Positions 54,622-64,000 of a stretch of DNA of 64,000 bases are shown here, in pieces; position 1 is the first letter of the stretch, and each line of letters opens with the position of its first letter. Made by a program: the position numbers and the translations under genes. The stretch is from Verrucomicrobiota bacterium (lineage in GTDB: Bacteria > Verrucomicrobiota > Verrucomicrobiia > Limisphaerales > AAA164-E04). Location: the NCBI GenBank assembly GCA_047947115.1, contig CP170459.1, positions 2,560,001 to 2,624,000 on the forward strand, given 5' to 3'. Under the pieces are notes generated by a model, which saw only the letters and a list, made by a program, of their open reading frames with translations, was not told where the DNA came from and ran no database searches.

Positions 54622-55345
54622 CTAGTGTAGCCCGGCAATCAGACTGCGTATTAAGAATGTTCTCACGGCCACGTTTGACTTTTTCAAGAATATCTGTATC
54701 GGTGGCTGTCCAGATAAATGGTTTGGGATTCTTGTTGTGATGAGTAATGTGTGATTCGATTGTGCGGATCAAATCCTTAACGTTTTGAAACGCGCCTTAT
54801 CTGATGGTGTTGACTGTCGGGTTTCGGAAAAACCGTTCCACCATGTTCAACCATGAAGCACTGGTTGGCGTAAAGTGGAAATGGAATCGACGGTGTCTCT
54901 TTAGCCACGCTTTCACTTTGGAGTGTTTATGGGTTGCGTAATTGTCGCAGATCAAGTGGATCTGTTTCCCTTTGGGCGTTGATCTGTTAATCGAGTTAAG
55001 AAACCGAATCCACTCCTGATGCCGGTGCTTGTTCATGCAGGTTCCGATGATATTACCGTCAGCAGTGTTCATGGCTGCGAACAGGGATGTCGTTCTGTTC
55101 CGCTTGTAATCATGTGTCATTGTCCGCAGTCGTCCCTTCTTCATCGGTAGACCAGTTTGAGTCCTGTCTAGGGCTTGAATTTGACTCTTCTCGTCACACG
55201 AGAAAACCAACGCATGCTCAGGAGGATTGAGGTAGAGACCAACAATCTCTTCAAGTTTTTCTTGAAATTGTTTGTCGTTTGAAAGTTTGAATGATTTTAC
55301 GCGGTGTGGTTTGAGGTGGCCCCGGGAGTTCGGCCACGGAGTGGC
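54622..55345 (-). pseudogene. IS630-family transposase remnant (3' part, nonsense codon at 54797-54799)
   Basis: [48 protein letters not shown], then NPKPFIWT in frame after the TAA; CTAG at the probable end. Confidence 0.85.
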
Positions 55346-56299
55346 TGAATTAATCTGATCGGTGTTGACAATATCGGGCATTTTCTTGGCCTTGGACAAC
55401 GCTTCGTCCAAGGCTTCCACACAGAACCTTTCATCCATCGTATTGGACAGCTTCCAGGACAGCACTTTGCGAGAATACCAATCCATGACGGCCACCAAAT
55501 ACAGATGCCCATATTTCATCGGGATGTAGGTAATGTCCGCGCACCAGACTTGATCTGGTCGTTCAATCTCAATGTCCTTCAACAAATAAGGGTAACGCTT
55601 GCTCTCCCTGTTAGGGATGCTCAAACGCGGCTTACGGTAGATGGCTTGGATGCCCATTTGCTTCATCAATCCGCTGACCCGCTTTCGGCCGATCGGGATG
55701 CCGTCCCTTTTCAGCGTGGCCATCATTCGTCGTGCTCCAAAGGTTGGATCGATCATGTGGATCTCGTCGATTCTTCGACACAATTTCAGCTTTTCAGCCG
55801 ACGGAGCCTTGGGCTTGTATTGCGCGGTGGATCGGGCGATGCACAGAGGTTGGTAATGTCGCCGTTGACTTAGCTGGTTGCAGTTGAGCTCGATCCTTTC
55901 TCGTCGATGTCCAAGCTTAACTGTACGCACTTTTTTCGCAGCCACTCCACCTCCATGGTTAGCTGGCCAATCTCGGCTCTCTGCTTGTCGCGTTCCTCGG
56001 TGAAGTCCTCCTGATCCTTACTTTGACTTCCCTTTTCGAAAGCGGAATCCAGGTTGCCCAGCAGTTGCCTTTCCCAGTCGCTGATCTGGGCTGTATGGCC
56101 TCGTAGTCGGCTCCGATCTCCGAGGCATTTTTGATTTCCTTCACGGTCTCTAGGGCCACCTTGGCTTTGAATTTCGCGCTGTGGCGTCGTCTTTTCTTCT
56201 TGCTCATTTGGTTTTGTCCATTGACTTGCGTCATCCTACAAAACCCTCGCTAACGTTCAATTCAGCTTAACCTCTGGCCCAGTTTTCCGGCCCCCCTAA
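55346..56299 (-). pseudogene. IS3-family element remnant (degenerate orfA and truncated orfB)
   Basis: orfA RRHSAKFKAKVALE; orf[29 protein letters not shown]-like TAGGGGGGCCGGAAAACTGGGCCA at 56275-56298. Confidence 0.85.
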
Positions 56300-56350
56300 A
56301 ATTCAGTGATGTTTGTTGACAAAACAATTTTGAGAGGGATAAGGTGACGC

Positions 56351-57703
56351 ATGTCAAGGAGTACAACCCTAACTATCTTAACTTTTTTTACAATTGCAGT
56401 ATGCAATAGTGACCTTCGTGCTGACCAGTTGTTTAATGACGATGCCATTGTGAAGGGCAGCTTGGCCGTCGGTGTTGATGCCGTAAACGGCGAAAACTTT
56501 GGCTATGATACCATTCGCCTCAAAGAGAATAATCTCCGCATAGCGTTCATTGACACTAGTACCAGCTCAAGCTTTCCTACAGTCGATTGGGAAATCATGA
56601 TCAACGACAGCGCTAACGGTGGTGCTAATCATTTTTCGATTATTAACAGATCAAGAGATAACAAACCTTTTCGTATTTTCGATGGCGCGAAAGACTCGGC
56701 CTTGGTGCTGGGAGCCAACAGTTACATTGGCGTGGGGACCTCTAACCCCGTTCAGACACTGCACATGACAGACGGTAACTCGCCCTCCATTCGGTTGGAT
56801 CAGACATCGGCGGCTGGTTTCACGGCCCAGGTCTGGGACGTGGCGGGTAACGAAGCGAATTTCTTTATTCGCGACGCCACACACCAAACATTGCCTTTCA
56901 AAATTGAACCTCTAGCGCCCGATAATTCTTTTGTAGTTGATAGCGGTGGTCAAGTCGGACTTGGGGTCCGTTCGCCAATGGCTAAACTTCATGTCACTGG
57001 CAGCGGCTTGTTCGAATCGAATCTGACCTCCCAAGCGACAATCTCCGGAGTCACCGGATCTTTCTCTGGAAATCTTACCTCCCAAGCGACAGTGAGTGGA
57101 GTGAGTGGATTTTTTTCCGGAGCCGCCTCGGGGGCTACAGCTTCACCGGATGCGGATGAATTAGTCGTTGAGAATAATGCCGATGCCGGTATTTCTATCT
57201 TGACGCCTTCGGGTAAAAACGGACATTTATACTTTGGCGATCCCTCCAGTCCCACCCAAGGTGGCATGTCTTACAAACGTACTCGCGTTGGTGATCAGTT
57301 ATTCCTGAGGGTTGCAGGGTCTAATTCTATCATCGTCGGTCAAAATGGTACCATTACTACACTCACAGGGGCAACTCTCTCCGCCGGCGGTTCATGGACA
57401 GATGCTTCAAGCTTAGAGTTGAAACAGGACATTGCAGATCTATCGGGAGATGAAGCCTTGCGAGCTCTAACCAAAATGAGGCCCGTTACCTTTGCTTATA
57501 AAACAGATCCATCTGAACAGAAAGTTGGTTTTATAGCTGAGGAGGTTCCGGACTTGGTGGCTAACAACGATCGGAAAGGACTTTCTCCGATGGACATAAT
57601 AGGGGTTTTGACTCGGGTTGTCCAAATCCAAGAGGAACGAATAAACGTCCAAAGAGCTGAACTGGACGATTTACAAGCCAAAATCAAGGATCTTCACCGC
57701 TAA
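56351..57703 (+). CDS. Secreted protein with a C-terminal peptidase S74 (intramolecular chaperone) domain
   Basis: Signal peptide; GVGTSNP-type repeats; SS..LKQDI, GFIAEEVP and terminal coiled coil typical of S74 domains. Confidence 0.8.
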   Translation: MSRSTTLTILTFFTIAVCNSDLRADQLFNDDAIVKGSLAVGVDAVNGENFGYDTIRLKENNLRIAFIDTSTSSSFPTVDWEIMINDSANGGANHFSIINRSRDNKPFRIFDGAKDSALVLGANSYIGVGTSNPVQTLHMTDGNSPSIRLDQTSAAGFTAQVWDVAGNEANFFIRDATHQTLPFKIEPLAPDNSFVVDSGGQVGLGVRSPMAKLHVTGSGLFESNLTSQATISGVTGSFSGNLTSQATVSGVSGFFSGAASGATASPDADELVVENNADAGISILTPSGKNGHLYFGDPSSPTQGGMSYKRTRVGDQLFLRVAGSNSIIVGQNGTITTLTGATLSAGGSWTDASSLELKQDIADLSGDEALRALTKMRPVTFAYKTDPSEQKVGFIAEEVPDLVANNDRKGLSPMDIIGVLTRVVQIQEERINVQRAELDDLQAKIKDLHR

Positions 57704-57914
57704 AATCAACATTAAATCGAACTCGGTATCGACTTCTTAACAAGTCAAATTCAGGTATCGAGCAGAAAAGCCTTTCCCTAGGAAACGATCGTGATGACAG
57801 GGATCCCTTCATGTGGATATGCCTGTATCGGATTATTTGTTCAATTGGGGGGGGCACAGATTGTAGCTTCCGACGCATATCATACCTCGTTTTTATTGCT
57901 ATATTTACACCATC

Positions 57915-60900
57915 ATGCACCGTTTATCTCGTTACCGTGGATTGCTGGCTGGGAATCATTGCTTGAATCATTTGTTTCGGCTGTGGATCATTGTTTTCGT
58001 GGGGGGCTCATTACCAGGAATTTCGGTTTTTGCCCAGAATTTCAGTAAAACTTTTTCCCCTACCACTATTGCAGTCGGGAATCCATCCACGCTGACTTTC
58101 ACCATCGACAACTCCTCTGGCTCGGTTGTCGTTAACGACCCGACTTTTACCGACACTTTGCCCGCCGGCATGGTGGTCGCTAATCCGGCCAATATCAGTC
58201 ATTCTGGATTGACTCGCGATGGCGAGGGAGTGACGATTACTGCCACGCCGGGCTCTGGTTCAGTCGCGCTCGCCACCACTGGCATCTCTATCCCTATCGG
58301 TGCTACCTCGACGATTAGCGTTGACGTCACGGCTACAGCCGGCGCCGGGGCGTACCTATCTAATTCGACCACCCTGACTCATGCAGGGGGAGTCATTGGC
58401 TCCGGTTCGTCCACTCTCAATGTGGTCCAACCAACGACCACTTTCACGAAAGCCTTTTCTCCTTCCACCATTGACTTTGGCGGTACATCGACGCTGACCT
58501 ACACAATCGACAATTCAGCGAACGCTTCCGCAATCAACACGATGGCTTTTGCCGAAAACCTCCCGGAAGGATTGATTGTGGCGGATCCCCCGAACGTCAC
58601 TTACTCCGGCATTACGGAATACCGAGCAGGAATCACTCCAACCATAACGGCTGTCGCTGGGAGTGATTTGATAAGTTTTTCTGCGTCTGGTGTTCATTAC
58701 GTCTATACCCCTTCTTTTCAAACAGTGCAAAATTTTGAAGTGCTTGCGGGCGCTACCGCCACTATTTCGGTCGACGTCCAGGCAACTGCTGTTTGGGGCT
58801 CTCTTGTGAATACGTCAGGAGCCTTTACATCTTCGCAAGGAAACTCCGGAGTCGCCACTGCGACCCTAACGGTCAATCCGCCTGACGAATTGTATCTGAC
58901 CAAAGAGTTCATTGTGAATCCGGCAGTCCCAGGAGGAACCTCCCAGATTAAGTACACAATCACGAATCTTAATCGCGATTACACGATCACGAATATCGCT
59001 TTCACGGACGATTTGGATGCCGCGCTATCCGGCTTGGTCGCGACTGGATTGCCGGCCACGGACATATGTGGAGTGGGTTCCAGCTTGACGGGAACGAGTG
59101 TCATAACTCTCAGCGGCGGCAGTTTGGGGTCCGGGGAATCCTGTGAATTCACCGTAAACTTGAGCATTCCCTCAGGCGCAGGTGGCACATATACTTCCAC
59201 TACCAGCGGGATCACCGGCACGATGAACTCTGGCTCTGTGGCTTTTTCGGCGGCCTCGGATGACCTTATTGTCAAGCCGCTGCCTGAGATTACAACAGCC
59301 TTTGCCAGTTCAGTTAGTCAGGGCGGCATAGCCACGCTTCAAGTTACCGTTTCGAATACCAGCGCGTCTCATAGCGCGGACGACATCTATTTCACGATTC
59401 CAGTTGGTAATTTCTACGACGGTGCCACGGTGGCGGCGCTTCCAAGTGCAAACTTTATGGGAACGGGATCCACTGCCACAACAACCGCTCTTGCTGGCCC
59501 TATTCATACCCATATCGTCGTCCAAAATGGCTCATTGGCGGCGGGAGCGAACGGCGTGTTTACGGTGGATATTCAACTGCCAAGCAATGGTCCCAGTGGA
59601 CCTATAACTCACACGGTGGATGACCTAAAGGCAACGGTGAACAGCGAAAACCTAAGTGGAGCCTCCGCCAGCGCGACCCTGACTGTTTTGCCTGTGGTGC
59701 AGATGACGAAATCCTTTAGCGCACCGGTGATTCCGGGCAACACCGTTGATGTGACTTACACTCTTTCACTCGATACCTCATCACCCACAGATGCTACTGA
59801 TATTTCATTCAGCGATGACTTGAATGCGTCACTAACAGGCTTGACCGCGACTGGATTGCCAGTCTACGACATCTGTGGGGTGGGGTCTAGCCTTGGTGGC
59901 ACGAGCACGATCACTTTCACCGGAGGCACACTTTCACCCGGAGACTCACGCGAGATCACCGTGACATTGCAAGTTCCGGCAGGGGGCGCCATTGGAGATT
60001 ACGTTGGCACGAGCTCGGCGGTCTCGGCGACGATCGCTTCCGCTTCCTCGAGCGGTCCAGCCGCTTCCGCGACTCTTGAGGTGGTTCCCGATTTTGCCCT
60101 CACCCAAGCTTATGTGGGGAGTCCTTATTTGCCCGGTGATACCGTTACATTGCGATATACACTAACCAACAATACTGCCGAAAACGCTACTTCTATTACT
60201 TTCAAAGACGATCTTACAGACATCCTTTTTGGCGTCGTTCCGAATGAAAGTTTTCCGATTAGCAATCCTTGTGGCGTAGGCTCCTCCTTATCCTACGATA
60301 CGACTAAAGATGAACTCACGTTCGCCGGAGGGTCGTTGGACGCGGGAACTTCTTGGACATTCGACTTAACCTATGATTTGCCGCCGACAGGACTTGCCGA
60401 GGGTCAATATTCCCATGTGACCTCCGCTGTAGATTTAGTTTTTTCTTCAATTAATTTCAGAACAGCCGCTGCCTCAGCTGGTTTTGAGATTACCAGTCCG
60501 ACTCCACCCAGTGTCTCGATCAATCAAGCTTCAGGGCAGCCTGATCCAACGGGCACTGAACCGGTTCTTTTCACCGCGATCTTCTCCGAAGCGGTTAGCG
60601 GTTTTAACTCCAGTTCGGACGTTATCGTGACTGGAAGCGCTGGCTTGTTCGCAAATACGATCCTGATTACTGAAATGTCGCCTAATAACGGAACGACTTA
60701 TCAAGTGTCGGTAGGAGGATTGTCGGGAGAAAACACAGGGGGTGTTTCCGTTGCAATACCTTCTGGTGTAGCGACTGCAATTTCTAACTCCCTCGGAAAT
60801 AATGCCAGCACGAGCACGGATAACGTTGTCGTGTTTGAAGGCGATCGCGTGGTCCCTGCCTTGAGTCTTAGCATCTCGGAAGCCTATATTTCCGAAAATG

Positions 60901-63900
60901 GAGGAAGCTCGCAGGCAACTGTGACACGCAACACAGATACAACGAATCCGTTGACGGTTAACTTGGTCAGCGACAATGCAGGCGAAGCCACAGTCCCTGC
61001 CACCGTCACTATTCTTGCCGGCCAAAGTTCTGCTGTTTTTACGATAAATGGTGCGGACGAATCGTTGGTGGATTTGACTGAAACCGTCAAGATTACCGCC
61101 TCTGCCACTGGCTTTAAGCCCGGATCCGATACCCTAGGTGTTACCAATGACGATGCGGCGACGCTGGCGATTAATGACGTCACCTTGAATGAAGGTGATG
61201 GCGGGGCGACAACCTACACTTTCTCGGTGACGTTGGACAAGGCGGTGGATACTGGCGTGAGCGTGAACTATGCGAGCGCGGACGGCACGGCGACAACGGC
61301 GGACAATGACTACACAACGAGTTCCGGAACGTTGAATTTCGCGGGAACCGCCGGAGAGACCCAGTCCTTGACGGTGACGGTGAACGGTGACACGCCCGTG
61401 GAATCCGACGAAGTGTTTGTGGTGAATCTATCGGGCGTGAATGCATCGGGGAGAGCCGTCACGATTTCAGACAGCCAAGGTGAGGGAACGATCACCAATG
61501 ACGATGCGGCGACACTAGCGATTAATGACGTCACCTTGAATGAAGGTGATAGCGGAACGACAACCTACACTTTCACGGTGACGTTGGACAAGGCGGTGGA
61601 TACTGGCGTGAGCGTGAACTATGCGAGCGCGGACGGCACGGCGACCACGGCGGACAATGACTACACAACGAGTTCCGGAACGTTGAATTTCGTGGGAACC
61701 GCCGGTGAGACCCAGTCCTTGACGGTGATGGTAAACGGTGACACTCCCGTAGAATCGGACGAGGTGTTTGTTGTGAATCTTTCTGGCGTGAGTGCATCGG
61801 GGAGAGCTGTCACCATTGCGGACAGTCAAGGCGAGGGAACGATCACCAATGACGATGTGGCGACGCTGGCGATTAATGACGTCACCCTGAATGAAGGAGA
61901 TAGCGGGACGACAACCTACACCTTCACGGTGACTCTAAACAATGACGTGGACACATCGGTGGGAGTGGATTACGCCACTTCGGACAACACCGCCACAACG
62001 GCCGACAGCGATTACACCTTCACCTCCGGGACATTAAATTTCTCCGGAGCCTCCGGTGAAACCGAGACATTGACCGTGACGGTGACTGGTGATGGAAAAG
62101 TGGAACTGGATCAGTCGTTTTTTGTGAATCTATCCAGCGTGAGTGCGTCGGGAAGAGCCGTCACCATTGCGGACAGTCAAGGCGAGGGCACGATTACCAA
62201 TGACGATGCCGCGACGCTGGCGATTGATGACGTTAGCTTGAATGAAGGAGATAGCGGGACGACAACCTACACTTTCTCGGTGACGTTGGACAAGGCGGTG
62301 GATACTGGCGTCAGCGTGAACTATGCGAGCGCGGACGGCACGGCGAAAACGGCGGACAATGACTACTTATCAAGTTCGGGAACGTTGAATTTCGCGGGAG
62401 CTGCCGGTGAAACGCAGTCCTTAACGGTGTCAGTGAACGGTGACATACTCGTGGAATCAGACGAGGTGTTTGTGCTGAATCTTTCAGGCGTCAGTGCATC
62501 GGGAAGAGACGTCACGATTTCGGACAGTCAAGGTGAGGGAACGATCACCAATGACGATGCGGCGACACTAGCGATTAATGACGTCACCTTGAATGAAGGT
62601 GATAGCGGGACGACAACCTACACTTTCTCGGTGACGCTGGACAAGGCGGTGGATACTGGCGTGAGCGTGAACTATGCGAGCGCGGACGGCACGGCGACAA
62701 CGGCGGACAATGACTATACAACGAGTTCCGGAACGTTGAATTTCGTGGGAACCGCCGGTGAGACCCAGTCCTTGACGGTGATGGTGAACGGTGACACGCC
62801 CGTAGAATTGGACGAAGTGTTTGTGGTGAATCTATCGGGCGTGAATGCATCGGGGAGAACTGTCATGATTTTGGACAGCCAAGGCAAGGGAACGATCACC
62901 AATGACGATGCCGCGACGCTGGCAATTGATGATGTCACCAACACGGAAGGTGATAGCGGGACAACGACCTATACTTTCACTGTGACGCTGAATAATGACG
63001 TGGACACTTCGGTGGGGGTGAATTACGCCACTTCGGACAACACAGCCAGAAGGGCCGACAGCGATTACACGTTCAGTTCCGGGACCTTGAATTTTTCGGG
63101 AAGATCCGGTGAAACCAAGACATTGACTGTTACGGTGAATGGAGATGGAAAAGTGGAATTGGGTGAGTCATTTTTTGTGAATCTCTCCGGTGTAAGCGCA
63201 TCGGGCAGAGCCATCACGATTTCGGACAGCCAAGGCGAGGGGACGATCACCAACGACGACGCGGCAACGCTGGCGATTGACAACGTCACCTCTAATGAAG
63301 GAAATACCGGGACGTCAACCTACACTTTCACGGTGACTTTGGACACGGCGGTGGATACTGGTGTCAGCGTGAACTATGCGAGTGCGGACGGCACGGCGAC
63401 AACGGCGGACAATGACTACACAGCGAATTCGGGAATCTTGAATTTCGCGGGAGCTGCTGGTGAAACGCGGACTTTGACGGTGATGGTGAACGGTGACACG
63501 GTCGTCGAATCGGACGAATTGTTTGTGGTGAATTTATTGGGCGTGAGTGCATCGGGAAGAGCCGTCACAATTGCGGATAGCCAAGGCGAGGGAACGATCA
63601 CCAATGACGATGCGGCGACACTAGCGATTAATGACGTCACCTTGAATGAAGGTGATAGCGGGACGTCAACCTACACTTTCACGGTGACGTTGGACAAGGC
63701 GGTGGATACTGGCGTGAGCGTGAACTATGCGAGCGCGGACGGCACGGCGACCACGGCGGACAATGACTACACAACGAGTTCCGGAACGTTGAATTTCGCG
63801 GGAACCGCCGGTGAGACCCAGTCCTTGACGGTGACAGTGAACGGTGACACGGTCGTGGAATTGGATGAGGTGTTTACGGTGAATCTTTCCGGGGTAAGTG

Positions 63901-64000
63901 CATCGGGGAGAACCGTCACGATTTTGGACAGTCTAGGCAAGGGAACGATCACCAATGACGATGCCGCGACGCTGGCGATTGATGATGTCTCCAACACAGA
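57915..64000 (+). CDS. Giant surface adhesin-like protein (over 2000 aa, runs off the window; not in the ORF track)
   Basis: ATG 57915; same frame confirmed at 61143 and 63963; six DUF11-like Ig repeats (F.K.F.P..I..G..STLT.TI.N) then Calx-beta repeats. Confidence 0.88.
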   Translation, partial: MHRLSRYRGLLAGNHCLNHLFRLWIIVFVGGSLPGISVFAQNFSKTFSPTTIAVGNPSTLTFTIDNSSGSVVVNDPTFTDTLPAGMVVANPANISHSGLTRDGEGVTITATPGSGSVALATTGISIPIGATSTISVDVTATAGAGAYLSNSTTLTHAGGVIGSGSSTLNVVQPTTTFTKAFSPSTIDFGGTSTLTYTIDNSANASAINTMAFAENLPEGLIVADPPNVTYSGITEYRAGITPTITAVAGSDLISFSASGVHYVYTPSFQTVQNFEVLAGATATISVDVQATAVWGSLVNTSGAFTSSQGNSGVATATLTVNPPDELYLTKEFIVNPAVPGGTSQIKYTITNLNRDYTITNIAFTDDLDAALSGLVATGLPATDICGVGSSLTGTSVITLSGGSLGSGESCEFTVNLSIPSGAGGTYTSTTSGITGTMNSGSVAFSAASDDLIVKPLPEITTAFASSVSQGGIATLQVTVSNTSASHSADDIYFTIPVGNFYDGATVAALPSANFMGTGSTATTTALAGPIHTHIVVQNGSLAAGANGVFTVDIQLPSNGPSGPITHTVDDLKATVNSENLSGASASATLTVLPVVQMTKSFSAPVIPGNTVDVTYTLSLDTSSPTDATDISFSDDLNASLTGLTATGLPVYDICGVGSSLGGTSTITFTGGTLSPGDSREITVTLQVPAGGAIGDYVGTSSAVSATIASASSSGPAASATLEVVPDFALTQAYVGSPYLPGDTVTLRYTLTNNTAENATSITFKDDLTDILFGVVPNESFPISNPCGVGSSLSYDTTKDELTFAGGSLDAGTSWTFDLTYDLPPTGLAEGQYSHVTSAVDLVFSSINFRTAAASAGFEITSPTPPSVSINQASGQPDPTGTEPVLFTAIFSEAVSGFNSSSDVIVTGSAGLFANTILITEMSPNNGTTYQVSVGGLSGENTGGVSVAIPSGVATAISNSLGNNASTSTDNVVVFEGDRVVPALSLSISEAYISENGGSSQATVTRNTDTTNPLTVNLVSDNAGEATVPATVTILAGQSSAVFTINGADESLVDLTETVKITASATGFKPGSDTLGVTNDDAATLAINDVTLNEGDGGATTYTFSVTLDKAVDTGVSVNYASADGTATTADNDYTTSSGTLNFAGTAGETQSLTVTVNGDTPVESDEVFVVNLSGVNASGRAVTISDSQGEGTITNDDAATLAINDVTLNEGDSGTTTYTFTVTLDKAVDTGVSVNYASADGTATTADNDYTTSSGTLNFVGTAGETQSLTVMVNGDTPVESDEVFVVNLSGVSASGRAVTIADSQGEGTITNDDVATLAINDVTLNEGDSGTTTYTFTVTLNNDVDTSVGVDYATSDNTATTADSDYTFTSGTLNFSGASGETETLTVTVTGDGKVELDQSFFVNLSSVSASGRAVTIADSQGEGTITNDDAATLAIDDVSLNEGDSGTTTYTFSVTLDKAVDTGVSVNYASADGTAKTADNDYLSSSGTLNFAGAAGETQSLTVSVNGDILVESDEVFVLNLSGVSASGRDVTISDSQGEGTITNDDAATLAINDVTLNEGDSGTTTYTFSVTLDKAVDTGVSVNYASADGTATTADNDYTTSSGTLNFVGTAGETQSLTVMVNGDTPVELDEVFVVNLSGVNASGRTVMILDSQGKGTITNDDAATLAIDDVTNTEGDSGTTTYTFTVTLNNDVDTSVGVNYATSDNTARRADSDYTFSSGTLNFSGRSGETKTLTVTVNGDGKVELGESFFVNLSGVSASGRAITISDSQGEGTITNDDAATLAIDNVTSNEGNTGTSTYTFTVTLDTAVDTGVSVNYASADGTATTADNDYTANSGILNFAGAAGETRTLTVMVNGDTVVESDELFVVNLLGVSASGRAVTIADSQGEGTITNDDAATLAINDVTLNEGDSGTSTYTFTVTLDKAVDTGVSVNYASADGTATTADNDYTTSSGTLNFAGTAGETQSLTVTVNGDTVVELDEVFTVNLSGVSASGRTVTILDSLGKGTITNDDAATLAIDDVSNT
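61143..64000 (+). repeat. Tandem 351-bp (117-aa) Calx-beta repeats: 8 complete plus the start of a ninth
   Basis: ACCAAYGACGAY recurs at 61143, 61494, 61845, 62196, 62547, 62898, 63249, 63600 and 63951. Confidence 0.95.

Larger units (their letters stand above)
42940..64000. mobile_element. tRNA-Leu-anchored genomic island (right boundary not seen in the window)
   Basis: Abrupt switch from housekeeping genes to HTH/PolA/recombinase/IS debris/surface-protein cargo immediately after the tRNA 3' end. Confidence 0.75.

Noticed and set aside
57847..57854. G8 tract upstream of the adhesin as a phase-variation switch (another G-run near 48844)
   Set aside because: The tract is short and I cannot place it within a defined promoter; it needs read-level length variation to support.
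57968..63997. Repeated minus-strand ORFs (MTSLIASVAASS..., MHSRP...)
   Set aside because: Antisense shadows of the adhesin repeats.
61143..64000. Long repeats as CRISPR or DGR template/variable repeats
   Set aside because: The 351-bp period is in-frame coding, differences are not adenine-specific, and no reverse transcriptase is present in the window.

Overview
Chromosomal window from a Verrucomicrobiota (PVC superphylum) bacterium. The assignment rests on the 16S sequence, a PVC small basic signature protein right behind the 5S gene, a PSD1/planctomycete-type cytochrome c protein and a prepilin/H-X9-DG protein. Bases 1-42.9 kb are ordinary core genome: MsbA-like ABC transporter, TlpA, an EF-hand plus CotH-kinase pair, 5-oxoprolinase, a Sel1-repeat protein, a complete rrn operon (16S-tRNA-Ala-tRNA-Ile-23S-5S), pseudouridine synthase, DsbD, DusB, mcsA/mcsB, ilvE, a periplasmic cupredoxin/beta-propeller cluster and pyrE. 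From the 3' end of tRNA-Leu(CAG) at 42939 the window is an accessory island. Its first ~5 kb is the most interesting part. It is a compact same-strand module: a frameshift-split hypothetical gene, an AlpA/Xis-like HTH, a ~340-nt non-coding segment rich in stems with G-U pairs, an unknown ~207-aa protein translationally coupled to a stand-alone family A DNA polymerase (3'-5' exo + pol, no 5' nuclease), then an AT-rich tract, four tandem 22-bp iteron-like repeats and a small winged-helix protein. By inference this looks like a self-contained PolA-based mini-replicon with no recognisable primase or helicase. Downstream are a dif-like 28-bp site, a FimB/FimE-like tyrosine recombinase, IS debris (IS4/IS21, IS630/IS3), CRTAC1 and TPR genes, a peptidase-S74 chaperone-domain protein, and a giant adhesin ORF that is missing from the ORF track and runs off the window, with 351-bp Calx-beta repeats in an A-A-B higher-order pattern. 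All family assignments come from motif recognition by eye; no database searches were run.
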